A stretch of DNA of 64,000 nucleotides from Sphingomonadaceae bacterium (GCA_050261575.1 JBLNDL010000033.1:1-64000), one strand, 5' to 3'; shown: positions 27,939 to 38,465, numbered from the stretch's first letter. Notes: generated by a model from the sequence alone, not told the origin. Program-made: numbers and translations.

Positions 27939-28649
27939 GTGGACTCGCAGAACCTCTCCCTTCTGGCAGCTTTTGCCGCGGGGCTCCTTTCCTTCCTCTC
28001 GCCCTGCGTCCTGCCCCTGGTGCCGGCCTACGTCGGGTACCTGGCCGGAAACTCGTCCGTCGCGGCGCCCGAGTCGCGCCGAATGGCCACTCTGTTCCAT
28101 TCGGCGGCCTTCGTGCTGGGCTTCTCACTGGTGTTCGTCGGCTTCTGGGCCTCGATAGGGCTGATCGGCTATGTCCTGCCGGGCTTCGGCGGCCTCTTCC
28201 GCCAGGCGGGCGGCGCCGTCCTGGTAATTCTCGGGCTCCACCAGATGGGCGTCTTCCAGATCTCCCTGCTGTACCGGCAGTTCAGGCTGGAGCCACGGCT
28301 CGACTCCTCCGCTACTCCGCTCGCCTCGATGCTGGTGGGCGTGGCCTTCGCGGCCGGCTGGACCCCGTGCATCGGTCCAGTGCTGGCCGGCATCATCGGC
28401 CTGGCGAGCATGAGCGAAACGGTCGCTCAGGGCAGCTACCTGCTGGTTGCCTACTCCCTCGGCCTTGGTGTACCTTTCTTGATCACAGGGGTGGCGCTGG
28501 CTCAGGCGAGCGCGCTGCTGAGCAAGGTGAAGCGGCACCTCAGGGTGGTGTCAGTGGCCAGCGGGCTGCTGTTGGTCTCGATCGGGGTGATGATGCTCTC
28601 CGACACCTTCAAGCTTCTCCCCCAGTACTTCAACTGGGGCGGGCTGTAG
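27939..28649 (+). CDS. ccdA: Cytochrome c biogenesis / thiol-disulfide transporter CcdA
   Basis: SFLSPCVLPLVPAY and GWTPCIGPVL motifs. Confidence 0.94.
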   Translation: MDSQNLSLLAAFAAGLLSFLSPCVLPLVPAYVGYLAGNSSVAAPESRRMATLFHSAAFVLGFSLVFVGFWASIGLIGYVLPGFGGLFRQAGGAVLVILGLHQMGVFQISLLYRQFRLEPRLDSSATPLASMLVGVAFAAGWTPCIGPVLAGIIGLASMSETVAQGSYLLVAYSLGLGVPFLITGVALAQASALLSKVKRHLRVVSVASGLLLVSIGVMMLSDTFKLLPQYFNWGGL

Positions 28650-28756
28650 GGTAGTGCTGGGTCCTGGGCGCTGAGCTCTGGGGAGTGTTCAGCCCTCGGC
28701 CCTGGGTTCAGGGTAGGCCTCTACCCTGGGCGCTCGTGATGGCTCTCTCGTAAGGA

Positions 28757-29362
28757 GTGAAGGCGATGCAGATATGGGGAATCAGGCAAGGGGTGCCGGC
28801 CCTGCTGCTGGGGCTGGCGATGCTGACCGTGGTCGGTTGCTTCGGAGGGAGCAGGAATTTCACGCCCGGTGTCGGCGGTGAGGTGCTGACGGCGGCGCAA
28901 CCCGCCGGAGGCCCGAGCTCGGGTGCCGCCCGACCCGACGTCGGTCCTAGGGTCGGCAACCTCGCCCCAGACTTCTCCCTGAAGGGGTTGGATGGCCAGA
29001 CCGTCCGACTGTCCGAGTTGCGGGGCAAGCCGGTGCTGGTCAACTTCTGGGCCACCTGGTGCCCTCCATGCCGCCAGGAGATGCCCGACCTAGAGAAGGT
29101 CTACCAGAGGTACCGTGACGAGGGGGTGGTGTTCCTCGGCGTCAACAAGGAGGAGGACGCCGAGACGGTTCGCAAGTTCGTGGAGCAGAACCGCTACAGT
29201 TGGACCTTCCTGCTGGACTCCGATGGGAAGGTCGGCAACTCTTACTGGGTGAGTGGCATCCCCACCAGCTACTTCGTCGACCGAGAGGGGATCGTCAGGG
29301 ACATCCACATCGGGATACTCAACGTCTCCCTCCTGGAGGCCAAGCTGGGCAAGATCCTGTAA
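28757..29362 (+). CDS. TlpA/ResA-family thiol-disulfide oxidoreductase, probable lipoprotein
   Basis: APDFSL, NFWATWCPPC, GIPTSYFVD; VVGC lipobox-like. Confidence 0.92.
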   Translation: MKAMQIWGIRQGVPALLLGLAMLTVVGCFGGSRNFTPGVGGEVLTAAQPAGGPSSGAARPDVGPRVGNLAPDFSLKGLDGQTVRLSELRGKPVLVNFWATWCPPCRQEMPDLEKVYQRYRDEGVVFLGVNKEEDAETVRKFVEQNRYSWTFLLDSDGKVGNSYWVSGIPTSYFVDREGIVRDIHIGILNVSLLEAKLGKIL

Positions 29363-29406
29363 GGCCCTCCAGCGCGGGCGCGTGAGTTTCGCCCACTCTG
29401 GCTCTG

Positions 29407-29535
29407 GTCGTGGCAACGACTGCAGTCGTTCGCCCATTCAGGTGGTAGTTGCGACTGCAGTCGTTCGTCCAGTCTCCAGCGAGCCTGCGTCCCGTTCCCC
29501 CACGAGGCTTCGAACGGCTGAAGCCGTTACTACGA
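29407..29535. repeat. Cluster of REP-like palindromes
   Basis: CGACTGCAGTCGTTCG twice plus an inverted related copy AACGGCTGAAGCCGTTACTAC; GTAG-type ends. Confidence 0.65.
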
Positions 29536-29696
29536 GGGCGATCGGCCCTACGCCGCCCCCCCCACCGTCGCTTCCTCTCCTCGAGGCCCGCCTTCTCAGA
29601 TAGTTGCCAAGATGGGGACATTTCGCAACTGGAGAATGGAACTTCCCGGCAGCTTCCACAGTCTAATAGAGTAGCCACCTCCATGGAGGAAGAAGC

Positions 29697-32372
29697 ATGA
29701 CCTGGAGCCTGCGTGAGTTGCTTCCCCTCGGCCGGCCCCGATCTGCCGTCTTGCCGGCCGTCGCCACCCTCTTGATGATGGTTTGCCTGGCCTTCCCCGG
29801 GGCCGTCCGCGCCGCCGACGGCTCGCTGGAGTTGCTCCAGACTGGTTGGGATGGAACGGTAGTGCCCGGCAGTTGGAACCCCGTGCGGGTGCGGGTGACC
29901 GGCGGCGGCGCGGACACCACCGCTCGCGTGGAGGTGGTGCTGAAGAACCGTTTCCAGGCCAACCCCCAGACAGCGGCCGCCGAGTATCCCATAGGAGCCT
30001 ATGGGCAGGAGGTTGCCCTTGCGGCCGGCGTGGCCAAGGAGATCACCATCTGGGTGCCCGTCGACTCCGGGATGGTCGCATCCGGAAGTATGCTGGGCTC
30101 GGTGCGGCTGATGGTCGGCGACGAGTTGGTTACGGAGCAGAAGGTGGAGAGCCTCCGCGCAATCCGCACCCCGGGTTGGCCCCTCGTGGGGGTGCTGGCG
30201 GAATCCCCGGCGGTGGGTCGATCCCTATCCCAGGTGGAGATGGCCGTCCAGGGCTTGCCGGTGGCGCTCAGTCTCGCTCGCCTCTCGGCCCAGGACCTTC
30301 CCCCCGTGTCGGAGCGACTAGGGGCGCTGTCGGCGATCGTGGTGCAGGGGAACGCCGCCTCCACGCTGACGGCCGAGCAACGGCGGGCTGTGGAGGAATG
30401 GGTGGCTTCGGGGTGGCACCTGATCCTGCTGGGCGGGGCCGAGGCGGCGCGGACGATGGCCGTCCTGCCTCCGGATAGCCTGCCGGTGACTCTCGACGGC
30501 CTCGACGGTGCCGCCGACCTGTCGGGCCTCGCTCGGTGGGCTGACGCGAAGGAAGCTGTGCCCGGGGCCGGCCACGCAGTTCGATTCAGAAGCGAGTCGG
30601 GCTCCCCACTGGCTGGTTCTGCCGAGCGTCCACTCGTCTGGAGGTGGCAGGTCGGGCAGGGCACGGTGACGTTGCTGGCCGTCGATCCGACGATCGAGCC
30701 GCTGGCTGGTTGGGGCGGCACCCCCACCCTGTTGCGCAAGCTGCTCGAGCCGGCGCTGCCAGATGCCAGCGAGAACGAGAAGATGCGCTTGGCCAGGCAG
30801 ATGGAGAGCGACCTCCTTGCCCAAATGCAAGGCGCCGTCGAGGCGGTGCCGCCGGAAGTCTTCCCAAACTGGTGGACCGTCGCGCTCCTGCTTGGCGCCT
30901 TCGCCCTGGCCGTCGGCCCGCTGCTGCACTTCGTCCTCGGGAGGCTCGACCGCAGGACGCTGGTGTGGCTGGCCGTCCCCGCCGCCGCCCTGCTGCTCTC
31001 GGCTGCCCTCTACTACGTCGGGGTCGGCCGGGGTGGCAGGGACGTGCTGGCTAGCGTCGTGACTCACGTGCGACTGGACCCTGCTGGTCTGCACTCTCGG
31101 GCCTCCATCGTGGCGGGTTTCTTCGCTCCCACCCACCCGAAGCTTGCCGTCGAGGTGCCAGGGGACACGCCCGTGCGGGTGCTCAGCCGCTTCTCCGGAC
31201 CCTACGGCCCAGGAGGGTTGCCGGTCGCCCCCTCGTCCGAGCCCCCCTTCCACGTCGTCTCCGGTCGGGACACCCGTGTGGAGTTTGACTCCGGCCAATG
31301 GTCCATGCGCGCTGTGGGCTTGAGCCGTGAGTTGGGCGAGGAAGCCGGAAAGATCACGGCGCGGCTGGGGTTGGAATCGGATCTCATCAAAGGCACGTTG
31401 CGAAACGATACCCCTTATCACTTGGAGGACGCAGCGGTGGCGATCGGCCAGGGTCTGGTTAAGCTGGGCAACCTGGCTCCAGGGCAGAGCGTTCCCGTGG
31501 TGCTGGACCCTGGGCCTGCCGCCGATCCCTTCCGAGGGGGCTTTCCCCTTTCCTACCGCCTCTTCGGCAGGCCGGTGAGCGATGCGGCCGCCGGAGGAGG
31601 TGGTATGCCTGTTCCATTCCCCGTATCCGCAGTATCCAGCGTCGCCGTGCGGAGCTCGGTGGTCATGCCAGGTGGGGTGCCGGAGCGCCTCGAGCTACCT
31701 CGGGATCCCGAGGTGCTCCGCCGGGTGCGACTGATGGATCCCATCGTGAACGTGCCGAAGCCTAGCCCTGGCATGTCCGCGATGCCCCTCACCTTCCTTG
31801 CCTTCACTCGCTCCCAGGTGGCTCAGGGGTTGCCGGGGGTGGGGGATCGCCAGGTCTACCACCTGGCGTTGCTGGAGCAGCGGCTGCAATTGGAGTTCCC
31901 GCCCGGCCCCTTCACCATACCTGCATCGCTCATACCTGCCGATGTGATGTCCACGAGCGGCGGCTGGGGCGGGGGGAGCAACGGAACCATCAGTTGGGTC
32001 AGTCTGGACAGCGGCTCGATGACCTGCAGCTTCAAGCTTCCGCTGCCTTCCGGTGCTAAGGTCGAGGCGATCACGGCGACTACCCAACAGATGGGGCCGT
32101 CGACTTCGGTGGCGCAGCGCGAAAAGGGGATGCCTCCGCCTCGTCCCGGCGTGGCCCCCAGCCCGGCGGAGCCAGGGGTATTCTCGGTGTACAACTGGCA
32201 GACGGCGGCATGGGAGCCGCTGCCCGGCGGCCAGGAGCGGACACGCATCGCCCCCGCTGACTCCTACGTGGGGCAGGATGGGACGGTGAAGCTTCAGGTG
32301 TCCGCCGGGCAGGATCGAGCCGTGCAGTTCATCATGCCGGAGTTGACGGTGGAAGGGACGGTGGGACGATGA
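29697..32372 (+). CDS. Large secreted/membrane protein with a GATase-like domain; first gene of the MoxR-vWA operon
   Basis: Signal peptide; 'WV..G.HLILLGG' GATase-like motif; two central TMs; ATGA overlap with the next gene. Confidence 0.72.
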   Translation: MTWSLRELLPLGRPRSAVLPAVATLLMMVCLAFPGAVRAADGSLELLQTGWDGTVVPGSWNPVRVRVTGGGADTTARVEVVLKNRFQANPQTAAAEYPIGAYGQEVALAAGVAKEITIWVPVDSGMVASGSMLGSVRLMVGDELVTEQKVESLRAIRTPGWPLVGVLAESPAVGRSLSQVEMAVQGLPVALSLARLSAQDLPPVSERLGALSAIVVQGNAASTLTAEQRRAVEEWVASGWHLILLGGAEAARTMAVLPPDSLPVTLDGLDGAADLSGLARWADAKEAVPGAGHAVRFRSESGSPLAGSAERPLVWRWQVGQGTVTLLAVDPTIEPLAGWGGTPTLLRKLLEPALPDASENEKMRLARQMESDLLAQMQGAVEAVPPEVFPNWWTVALLLGAFALAVGPLLHFVLGRLDRRTLVWLAVPAAALLLSAALYYVGVGRGGRDVLASVVTHVRLDPAGLHSRASIVAGFFAPTHPKLAVEVPGDTPVRVLSRFSGPYGPGGLPVAPSSEPPFHVVSGRDTRVEFDSGQWSMRAVGLSRELGEEAGKITARLGLESDLIKGTLRNDTPYHLEDAAVAIGQGLVKLGNLAPGQSVPVVLDPGPAADPFRGGFPLSYRLFGRPVSDAAAGGGGMPVPFPVSAVSSVAVRSSVVMPGGVPERLELPRDPEVLRRVRLMDPIVNVPKPSPGMSAMPLTFLAFTRSQVAQGLPGVGDRQVYHLALLEQRLQLEFPPGPFTIPASLIPADVMSTSGGWGGGSNGTISWVSLDSGSMTCSFKLPLPSGAKVEAITATTQQMGPSTSVAQREKGMPPPRPGVAPSPAEPGVFSVYNWQTAAWEPLPGGQERTRIAPADSYVGQDGTVKLQVSAGQDRAVQFIMPELTVEGTVGR

Positions 32373-33319
32373 TCCGCGTGCGGGGACTGAGGAAGCGATA
32401 CGGGCGCGTGACCGCCCTGGATGGCCTGGACCTCACCGTGCCTGCCGGTTCCATCTACGGTTTCATCGGGCAGAATGGGGCCGGCAAGACGACGACCCTG
32501 AGGGTGCTAGCCACCCTCATCCTGCCCGACGACGGCGCCGCCGAGGTGGCCGGGGTCGACGTCGTGCGCCACCCGTACGAGGTGCGGCGGGTGGCCGGCT
32601 ACATGCCCGACTTCTTCGGCGTCTACGACGATCTGAAGGTTGGGGAGTACCTGGAGTTCTACGCTTCCATCCACGGCGTTCAAGGTAGTGCCGTCTCTTC
32701 CCTCCGGGACAGTCTGCTGGAGCTGGTGGATCTCACCAACAAGAGGGACGAGTACGTGGAGGGTCTCTCCAGGGGCATGCAGCAGAGACTCTGCCTGGCT
32801 CGGGCGCTGATTCACGACCCCAAGGTGCTGCTGCTGGACGAGCCCGCGAGCGGCCTGGACCCCCTGGCCAGGGTGGAGATGCGGGAGCTGCTCAAAGAGC
32901 TGGGTCGCATGGGGAAGACGATCCTGATCAGCTCCCACATCCTCTCCGAACTGGCCGACCTGTGCACCCACGCCGGAGTAATAGCGTCGGGCAGGCTGGT
33001 GCGGGAGGGCACCGTAAAGGAGCTGCTCTGGATGGCGGAGCGACCCGGCTACCTGCTGCGGACCCTGCGGGACGGTGAGCGGGCCGCCTCCGTGCTGGAG
33101 GAGGTGCCGGGAGTGGTGGCCGTCGACACCACCGAGGAGGGGATACGCTTCCACTGCCAGGACGGTGCCGAGGGTGCCGCCGCGGCCCTGGCTGCAGTTG
33201 TATCGGCGGGCATCCCCGTAGCCCGTTTCGCGGAGCTGGAGAACAGCCTCGAATCCACCTTCCTCCGGCTGGCGCGACAGGACGAGGAGGGAGCGAGAGG
33301 GATGGAGGTGTCGCGATGA
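32369..33319 (+). CDS. ABC transporter ATP-binding protein
   Basis: GQNGAGKT, LSRGMQQ, LLLDEP, SSH. Confidence 0.95.
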   Translation: MIRVRGLRKRYGRVTALDGLDLTVPAGSIYGFIGQNGAGKTTTLRVLATLILPDDGAAEVAGVDVVRHPYEVRRVAGYMPDFFGVYDDLKVGEYLEFYASIHGVQGSAVSSLRDSLLELVDLTNKRDEYVEGLSRGMQQRLCLARALIHDPKVLLLDEPASGLDPLARVEMRELLKELGRMGKTILISSHILSELADLCTHAGVIASGRLVREGTVKELLWMAERPGYLLRTLRDGERAASVLEEVPGVVAVDTTEEGIRFHCQDGAEGAAAALAAVVSAGIPVARFAELENSLESTFLRLARQDEEGARGMEVSR

Positions 33320-34431
33320 CGCCGATGACACTGGCTGCCACCGCTCCTCAGGCTAGCCCTGAGGTCAACTGGCTGCTCGTGGCCGGACTGTCGGTCCTGC
33401 TCGCGCTGCTGGTCTTTCAGGCCACGAGGAGCCGCGAGGCTCGCACCGGCCTGCGGTTGGGGCTGCGGGGGCTGGTCGCCAAGGAGCTTCGCTCTCGCAG
33501 CCGGGGCTGGCGACCGGTCTGGCTGCTCACCGGCTACCTGGCGATGCTGGCGCTCGCCGTCGGTGGCTTCCTGGCGCTGATGGCGAACGTGGGCGGGGTG
33601 ATCAGCCCAAACCTCGGCATTCAGCTCTTCTCCGCCCTGGCCACCGGAGCGGTGCTGATGCTGGCCTTCATCACGCCAGCGCTCACCGTGGGCTCCATCT
33701 CGGGAGAGCGCGAGAGACGCACGCTGGAGCTCCTGCTGGTCACCCGAGCCTCGGCCCTGGGGCTGGTGCTGGGGAAGCTGGCCGGCTCGCTCCTCTACGT
33801 TCTGTTCCTGCTGGTCGCGTCGTTGCCAGCGTTCGCGCTGGTGTACCTCTTCGGCGGGGTTCCCCCGCTCCATCTAGGCATGGTGCTGGCGGTGGCAGCG
33901 GTGACCGCGGTCGCGTACGCCTCGTTGGGACTCTTGCTGAGCGCCCTACTGAGACGCACGATCGTCGCCTCGGTGGTGGCCTATCTGCTGGTGCTATTCC
34001 TGGTGCTGGGCTTGCCCTTCCTGTCGATACTGGCCGTGCTGGCCTCGCAGGGGCGAGCGAGCGGTGGCACCGCGCTGTACAGCTTCGCCAGCCCGATGTC
34101 GTCGCTGGCCTCGGTGCTGCCCTCGAACTCCGGCTGGGGGATGCCCCTAGTGGGCGACCTGCTGCCGCTCGTCCTGGGTGGGCGGCTTGGCTTTGGCCGC
34201 GTCGAGTCCGCGGCTGGGGGGATCTCCGCTACCATGGTCTACGCACTGCAGCCCGACCCCATCACAGGCCAGGTTGCCACCGTCGTCGCCTGGGCGCCCT
34301 GGGTGTACCACTTCCTCTTCAGCGCGGCCTTGGCCGCGCTGTGCGTGCTGCTGGCGGCGCTGGTCCTGGCGCCCACCAAACCGTGGCAGGCCCGGCGGCT
34401 GAGGCGGACTCGAGTGAAGAGTGATGAGTGA
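33316..34431 (+). CDS. ABC-2 type permease
   Basis: Multiple TMs; 'ISGERERRTLELLL' motif. Confidence 0.88.
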   Translation: MTPMTLAATAPQASPEVNWLLVAGLSVLLALLVFQATRSREARTGLRLGLRGLVAKELRSRSRGWRPVWLLTGYLAMLALAVGGFLALMANVGGVISPNLGIQLFSALATGAVLMLAFITPALTVGSISGERERRTLELLLVTRASALGLVLGKLAGSLLYVLFLLVASLPAFALVYLFGGVPPLHLGMVLAVAAVTAVAYASLGLLLSALLRRTIVASVVAYLLVLFLVLGLPFLSILAVLASQGRASGGTALYSFASPMSSLASVLPSNSGWGMPLVGDLLPLVLGGRLGFGRVESAAGGISATMVYALQPDPITGQVATVVAWAPWVYHFLFSAALAALCVLLAALVLAPTKPWQARRLRRTRVKSDE

Positions 34432-36223
34432 GAGGCGGCATGGCAAGATGAGTCCCCGCGTCACCCACCGCTCATCACCCATCACTCATCACTCATCGCT
34501 CGTCACTCTAAAGCGTCGCGTCCGTGCTCGGTGGCTGCTCGATCGGATCCGCCTCGGCCTCCTGTGCGGCCTCGGTGGCGGGGCTGTTCTCTCCCTTGTC
34601 ACGCGGCTCCTCGGATACCCCTCGTGGCCCCTCCTCGTTGCCGGCTCGCTCGGGCTTGCCCTGGCAATCGCCGTGGCGCTTGCCCTCCTCCGTTGGCCCG
34701 GCTCCTGGGAGGCGGCGAGGGTTGCGGACGGCCTGGGGCTGGAGGAGCGGGTCGCCACGGCCATCTACGCGGCGGAGACCGGCTTTCCCGCGGCGCCATT
34801 GCTGAACGACGAGGCCTTGCGGGCGTTGGCCGGATTGGACCCCTCGGCCTACCCCCTCTTGCCGGATCCCAGATCGTGGCGTCGTCCGCTGGTGGCCGGG
34901 CTGCTCCTCGCCCTGGTGGTGCTGCTGCCGATTCCGGCGCTGGGCGACGGGGGGCGGCAGGCCGTCGAGGCCCAGACCGTGGCAGCCGGCCGGAAATCCG
35001 TGCAGGAACTGCAGGCGGGATTGCCGCAGTCGCCGGTCCCCGAGCCGCTGGCTCGAGCCGCCGCTGCCGAGATGGAGCGGCTGGAGGAGGCTCTGGCCCA
35101 GGCGCGCAGCGCCGCCGAGGCCTCCCGGGCGGTGGAGGAGGCGCAGGAGCGGGTGGCTGCCCTGGGCGGGCCGCAGGACTACGCGTGGCATCGGGCGGTG
35201 GAAAGGCTGGCCGAGGCGTGGAACAGCGAGCCGGACCTGGGTGCCCTCGCCAGGGCGCTGGAATCGCGGGACCCTCAGGCAGTGGAGCGGGCACTGGCGG
35301 AGCTGTCGGACAGGCTGGGAGAGATGTCCGTGGAGCAGCGGGGGCAGCTTGGTCTGGCCCTCCAAGCCGGGGCGAACGCAGCCCGCGACGTACCCGACTT
35401 GGCGGGGGAGCTGCGGCAGGCTGCCCAGCAACTGGCTGCCGGGACGGATGGAGACGGGGGGACCGACCAGGCGGCCGGCACCCTCGATGCGCTGGCCCCG
35501 CTGATGGCCCAGGGCGCCGCCCGGTCGGGGAGCCTTCAGGCGGCGCAGCAGGTCGTCGCGGGGCTCGGCCGGGTGCGGGCGGAGTTGGGCGCGCCAGCGG
35601 GTAGCGCGATGGCCGCCGGAGGAACGGCTGCCGGAGGGGCGGCAACGGGAAGCGCCGCGGGTGGGGGTGCTGGCGGGGGTGCGCCCGCCAGCGGCGCGGG
35701 CTCCGGTGGCTCGGGCACGGGGAGCGGGGACGGCGGCGGATCTGGAACGGGCAGTGGTACGGGTTCGGGCGCCGGGACGGGCGCTGGCGGTGGTTCGGGC
35801 GCTGGGACCGGCTCGGGTGGCGGCTCTGGCGCGGGCGGAGGCGGCGCCGGTTCGGGTGCCGGTGCCGGAGGCGGACCCTCCCGAGGGCAGCCCGGATCGA
35901 GCGGCGGGGGGGCGACGACCCAGGGTGGGAGTGCGGCGCCCAGCAACCGAGGCGCGACAGTCTACGAACGCGTCTACGCCCCGACCTTGGTGGGCGGCGA
36001 GGGCGGTCCTACCGTGCAGGCTCCAGGGGACGCCGCCGGGGCTGGAGGCGAGACGGTGGAAATGCCGGAGTCGGCAGTGACCCTGGGGGGACTGCGGCCG
36101 TACGACGAGGTGTTCGGCCAGTACGACGCCGAGGCGCGGCAGTCGCTCTCGCGCCAGCCGCTGCCCCCAGCCCTCCAGGGGCTGGTGCAGCGGTACTTTT
36201 CGGCGATCGACCCGGGCCAGTAG
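34421..36223 (+). CDS. Membrane-anchored coiled-coil protein with a Gly-rich tail
   Basis: TMs, 'GLEERVATA', helical stalk, GSG/GAG repeats, C-terminal 'P.....V.RYF'. Confidence 0.75.
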   Translation: MMSERRHGKMSPRVTHRSSPITHHSSLVTLKRRVRARWLLDRIRLGLLCGLGGGAVLSLVTRLLGYPSWPLLVAGSLGLALAIAVALALLRWPGSWEAARVADGLGLEERVATAIYAAETGFPAAPLLNDEALRALAGLDPSAYPLLPDPRSWRRPLVAGLLLALVVLLPIPALGDGGRQAVEAQTVAAGRKSVQELQAGLPQSPVPEPLARAAAAEMERLEEALAQARSAAEASRAVEEAQERVAALGGPQDYAWHRAVERLAEAWNSEPDLGALARALESRDPQAVERALAELSDRLGEMSVEQRGQLGLALQAGANAARDVPDLAGELRQAAQQLAAGTDGDGGTDQAAGTLDALAPLMAQGAARSGSLQAAQQVVAGLGRVRAELGAPAGSAMAAGGTAAGGAATGSAAGGGAGGGAPASGAGSGGSGTGSGDGGGSGTGSGTGSGAGTGAGGGSGAGTGSGGGSGAGGGGAGSGAGAGGGPSRGQPGSSGGGATTQGGSAAPSNRGATVYERVYAPTLVGGEGGPTVQAPGDAAGAGGETVEMPESAVTLGGLRPYDEVFGQYDAEARQSLSRQPLPPALQGLVQRYFSAIDPGQ

Positions 36224-36533
36224 GGCAGGGGACAAGCCCCTGCCGCCGGGTTCGAGTGTAAGGGCCGCTGCTCCTGGTGCGCGGACGTCCCCCGCAATTG
36301 GATGCGAGCTAGGGATTCCTGACCGCGTATTCGCTGGCGTCACGTATACTTGCCGTGCCGGCCATCAGGAAGAGGGACCTGTGAACGATATCCCACTTCC
36401 CAGACGCAAGCGGATCCGTCTGGACAATCGGCACCACGCCGATGAGGTGGCGGTCTGTTCGGTCACTCGCCGGACAGGTGGGGGACAGCGAACGGCAGGA
36501 CGGCGACCAGGACCATCTCGGAGGGAAGCTTAG

Positions 36534-37559
36534 ATGGCTGAACACTCAGCACTCAGGACCCAGCACTCAGGACCCGGCGCTCAAGACTCGACGCTGGCGG
36601 ACGCCGCCGAGGCGGCCAGGCTGAAGCTGAGCGCCGTCGTGGAGGCATTGGGACAGGTAATCGTGGGGCAGATGGAGGTGGTGGACCGGCTGGTCACCGC
36701 GCTGGTGGCAGGCGGCCACGTCCTGCTGGAGGGGGTGCCGGGACTGGGCAAGACCCTCCTGGTGCGCACCCTGGGGCAGGTGACCGGCCTCAGCTTCAGC
36801 CGGATCCAGTTCACCCCCGACCTGATGCCCGGCGACATCACCGGCACCCAGATCTTCGACCGGGAGAGCGGCGGTCTGCGCTTCGTGCCGGGACCCATCT
36901 TTGCCAACCTCCTGCTGTCCGACGAGGTCAACCGGGCGACGCCGCGGACCCAGAGCGCCCTGCTGGAGGCGATGCAGGAGCACACCGTCACGGCCGGAGG
37001 GGAGAGCCACCCATTGCCGGAGCCCTTCTTCGTCCTCGCCACCCAGAACCCCCTGGAGATGGAGGGCACCTATCCCCTGCCGGAGGCGCAACTCGACCGT
37101 TTCCTCTTCAAGCTGCTGGTGCCCTTCCCCCCGGACGAGGAGCTGGCGGAGATCGCCGAGCGGACGACCGGCGTGCCCCGCCCCGCGCCCCCTCGGGTGA
37201 TGGAGCCGCACGACCTGGTGGAGGCGATGGATCTCGCGCGGCAGGTGGTTGTGGCGCCGCACGTCCTGCAGTACGCGGTGCGGCTGATCGGGGCGACCCA
37301 TCCGGACAGATCGCCGGTGCCCGAGGTGCGACGGTTCGTGCGGTACGGCTCCAGCCCCCGCGGACTGCAGGCCCTGCTTCTGGGCGCCAAGGTGGCGGCA
37401 CTGCGAGCGGGTAGGTGGAACGTGGCGTTCTCGGATCTGGATCAGATGGCCCTGCCCGCCCTGCGCCACAGGATGATCCTCCAGTTCGAGGCCACGGCGG
37501 AGGGGGTCACGGCCGACGATCTGGTCGGGCGCATTCTGGCGGCCGTCTCCCGAGAGTGA
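36534..37559 (+). CDS. moxR: MoxR-family AAA+ ATPase
   Basis: HVLLEGVPGLGKT, RIQFTPDLMP, DEVNR, ATQNP, LPEAQLDRF. Confidence 0.96.
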   Translation: MAEHSALRTQHSGPGAQDSTLADAAEAARLKLSAVVEALGQVIVGQMEVVDRLVTALVAGGHVLLEGVPGLGKTLLVRTLGQVTGLSFSRIQFTPDLMPGDITGTQIFDRESGGLRFVPGPIFANLLLSDEVNRATPRTQSALLEAMQEHTVTAGGESHPLPEPFFVLATQNPLEMEGTYPLPEAQLDRFLFKLLVPFPPDEELAEIAERTTGVPRPAPPRVMEPHDLVEAMDLARQVVVAPHVLQYAVRLIGATHPDRSPVPEVRRFVRYGSSPRGLQALLLGAKVAALRAGRWNVAFSDLDQMALPALRHRMILQFEATAEGVTADDLVGRILAAVSRE

Positions 37560-37562
37560 TGA

Positions 37563-38465
37563 GTGATGCATGATGAGTGGAGACCAGGCTTTCCGGGTTG
37601 GTCGCCGGGTTTCCGAGCCGCACTGGAGAGGATGGCCATCGCGCCTCGACGGCCGGCCCGCGGCCAGCACTCCGGCGCCGTCCGGTCTCGGGTGCGGGGC
37701 CGCGCCCTGGAGTTCGCCGACTACCGTGCCTACTGCCCGGGCGACGATCCCAGGCTGGTGGACTGGCGGGCCTACACCCGGCTGGGACGGCTTTACCTGA
37801 AGCAGTACGAGGAGGATCGCTCCCGCACCATCACGCTGCTGGTGGATGTCAGCGCCTCCCTGGACTGGGGCGAGGGTGAATCCCACAAGGGGCTCTACGC
37901 CCGGCGCCTCGCGGCGGCTCTGGCCTGGGTAGCGGTCAGCCGCCACGAGTCGGTGCGGGCGTTCCTGCTGCGCGACGGCGCCGCCGCGCCGCTGCCGCCC
38001 GCCTCCAGCCGGGATGGCGCCGCCGTGCTCTTCGGCCGGCTCGCCTCCGTCCGGGAGGGCGGGCGGACGGACCTCGGCGCAGCCGTTCGGCGGGCGCTGG
38101 TGGGGCCGGTGGCCGGCCCGGTCCTGCTGCTCACCGACCTTCTCGATCCCTCCTGGCCCGAGGCGCTGGATGCGCTCTCGGTGGGGGGAGAGGGGACCCT
38201 GCTGCAACTGCTGTCGCCGGCCGAGTGGCAGCCTCCGTTGGGCGAGGAGGTGGAGCTGCAGGACGCCGAGAGCGGGGAATTGCGTCCCACCCGTTTGGGG
38301 CCGATAGAGCTGGCAGCCTACCGGGAGCGGTTGGAGGTTTTCCTGGCCCAGGTGCGCAGCCACTGCCACCGCCTCGGGATCCTTCCAGTCGCCTTGAACA
38401 CCGCCACACCGCTGCAGGAGGCAGTGCTGCGGGAGCTGCCCTCCTTGGGCGTGTTGAGGGGGTGA
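37563..38465 (+). CDS. DUF58 domain protein
   Basis: 'EFADYRAY.PGDD.R.VDW', DVSAS; follows moxR. Confidence 0.92.
   Translation: MMHDEWRPGFPGWSPGFRAALERMAIAPRRPARGQHSGAVRSRVRGRALEFADYRAYCPGDDPRLVDWRAYTRLGRLYLKQYEEDRSRTITLLVDVSASLDWGEGESHKGLYARRLAAALAWVAVSRHESVRAFLLRDGAAAPLPPASSRDGAAVLFGRLASVREGGRTDLGAAVRRALVGPVAGPVLLLTDLLDPSWPEALDALSVGGEGTLLQLLSPAEWQPPLGEEVELQDAESGELRPTRLGPIELAAYRERLEVFLAQVRSHCHRLGILPVALNTATPLQEAVLRELPSLGVLRG

Noticed and set aside
32501..32517. Third copy of the GGGTGCTAGCACCC-like palindrome
   Set aside because: Imperfect and inside conserved ABC ATPase coding sequence; likely chance
35620..35930. GGC-rich repeats as a CRISPR array or DNA repeat element
   Set aside because: They encode a Gly/Ser/Ala-rich linker; no constant repeat-spacer periodicity and no cas genes in the window
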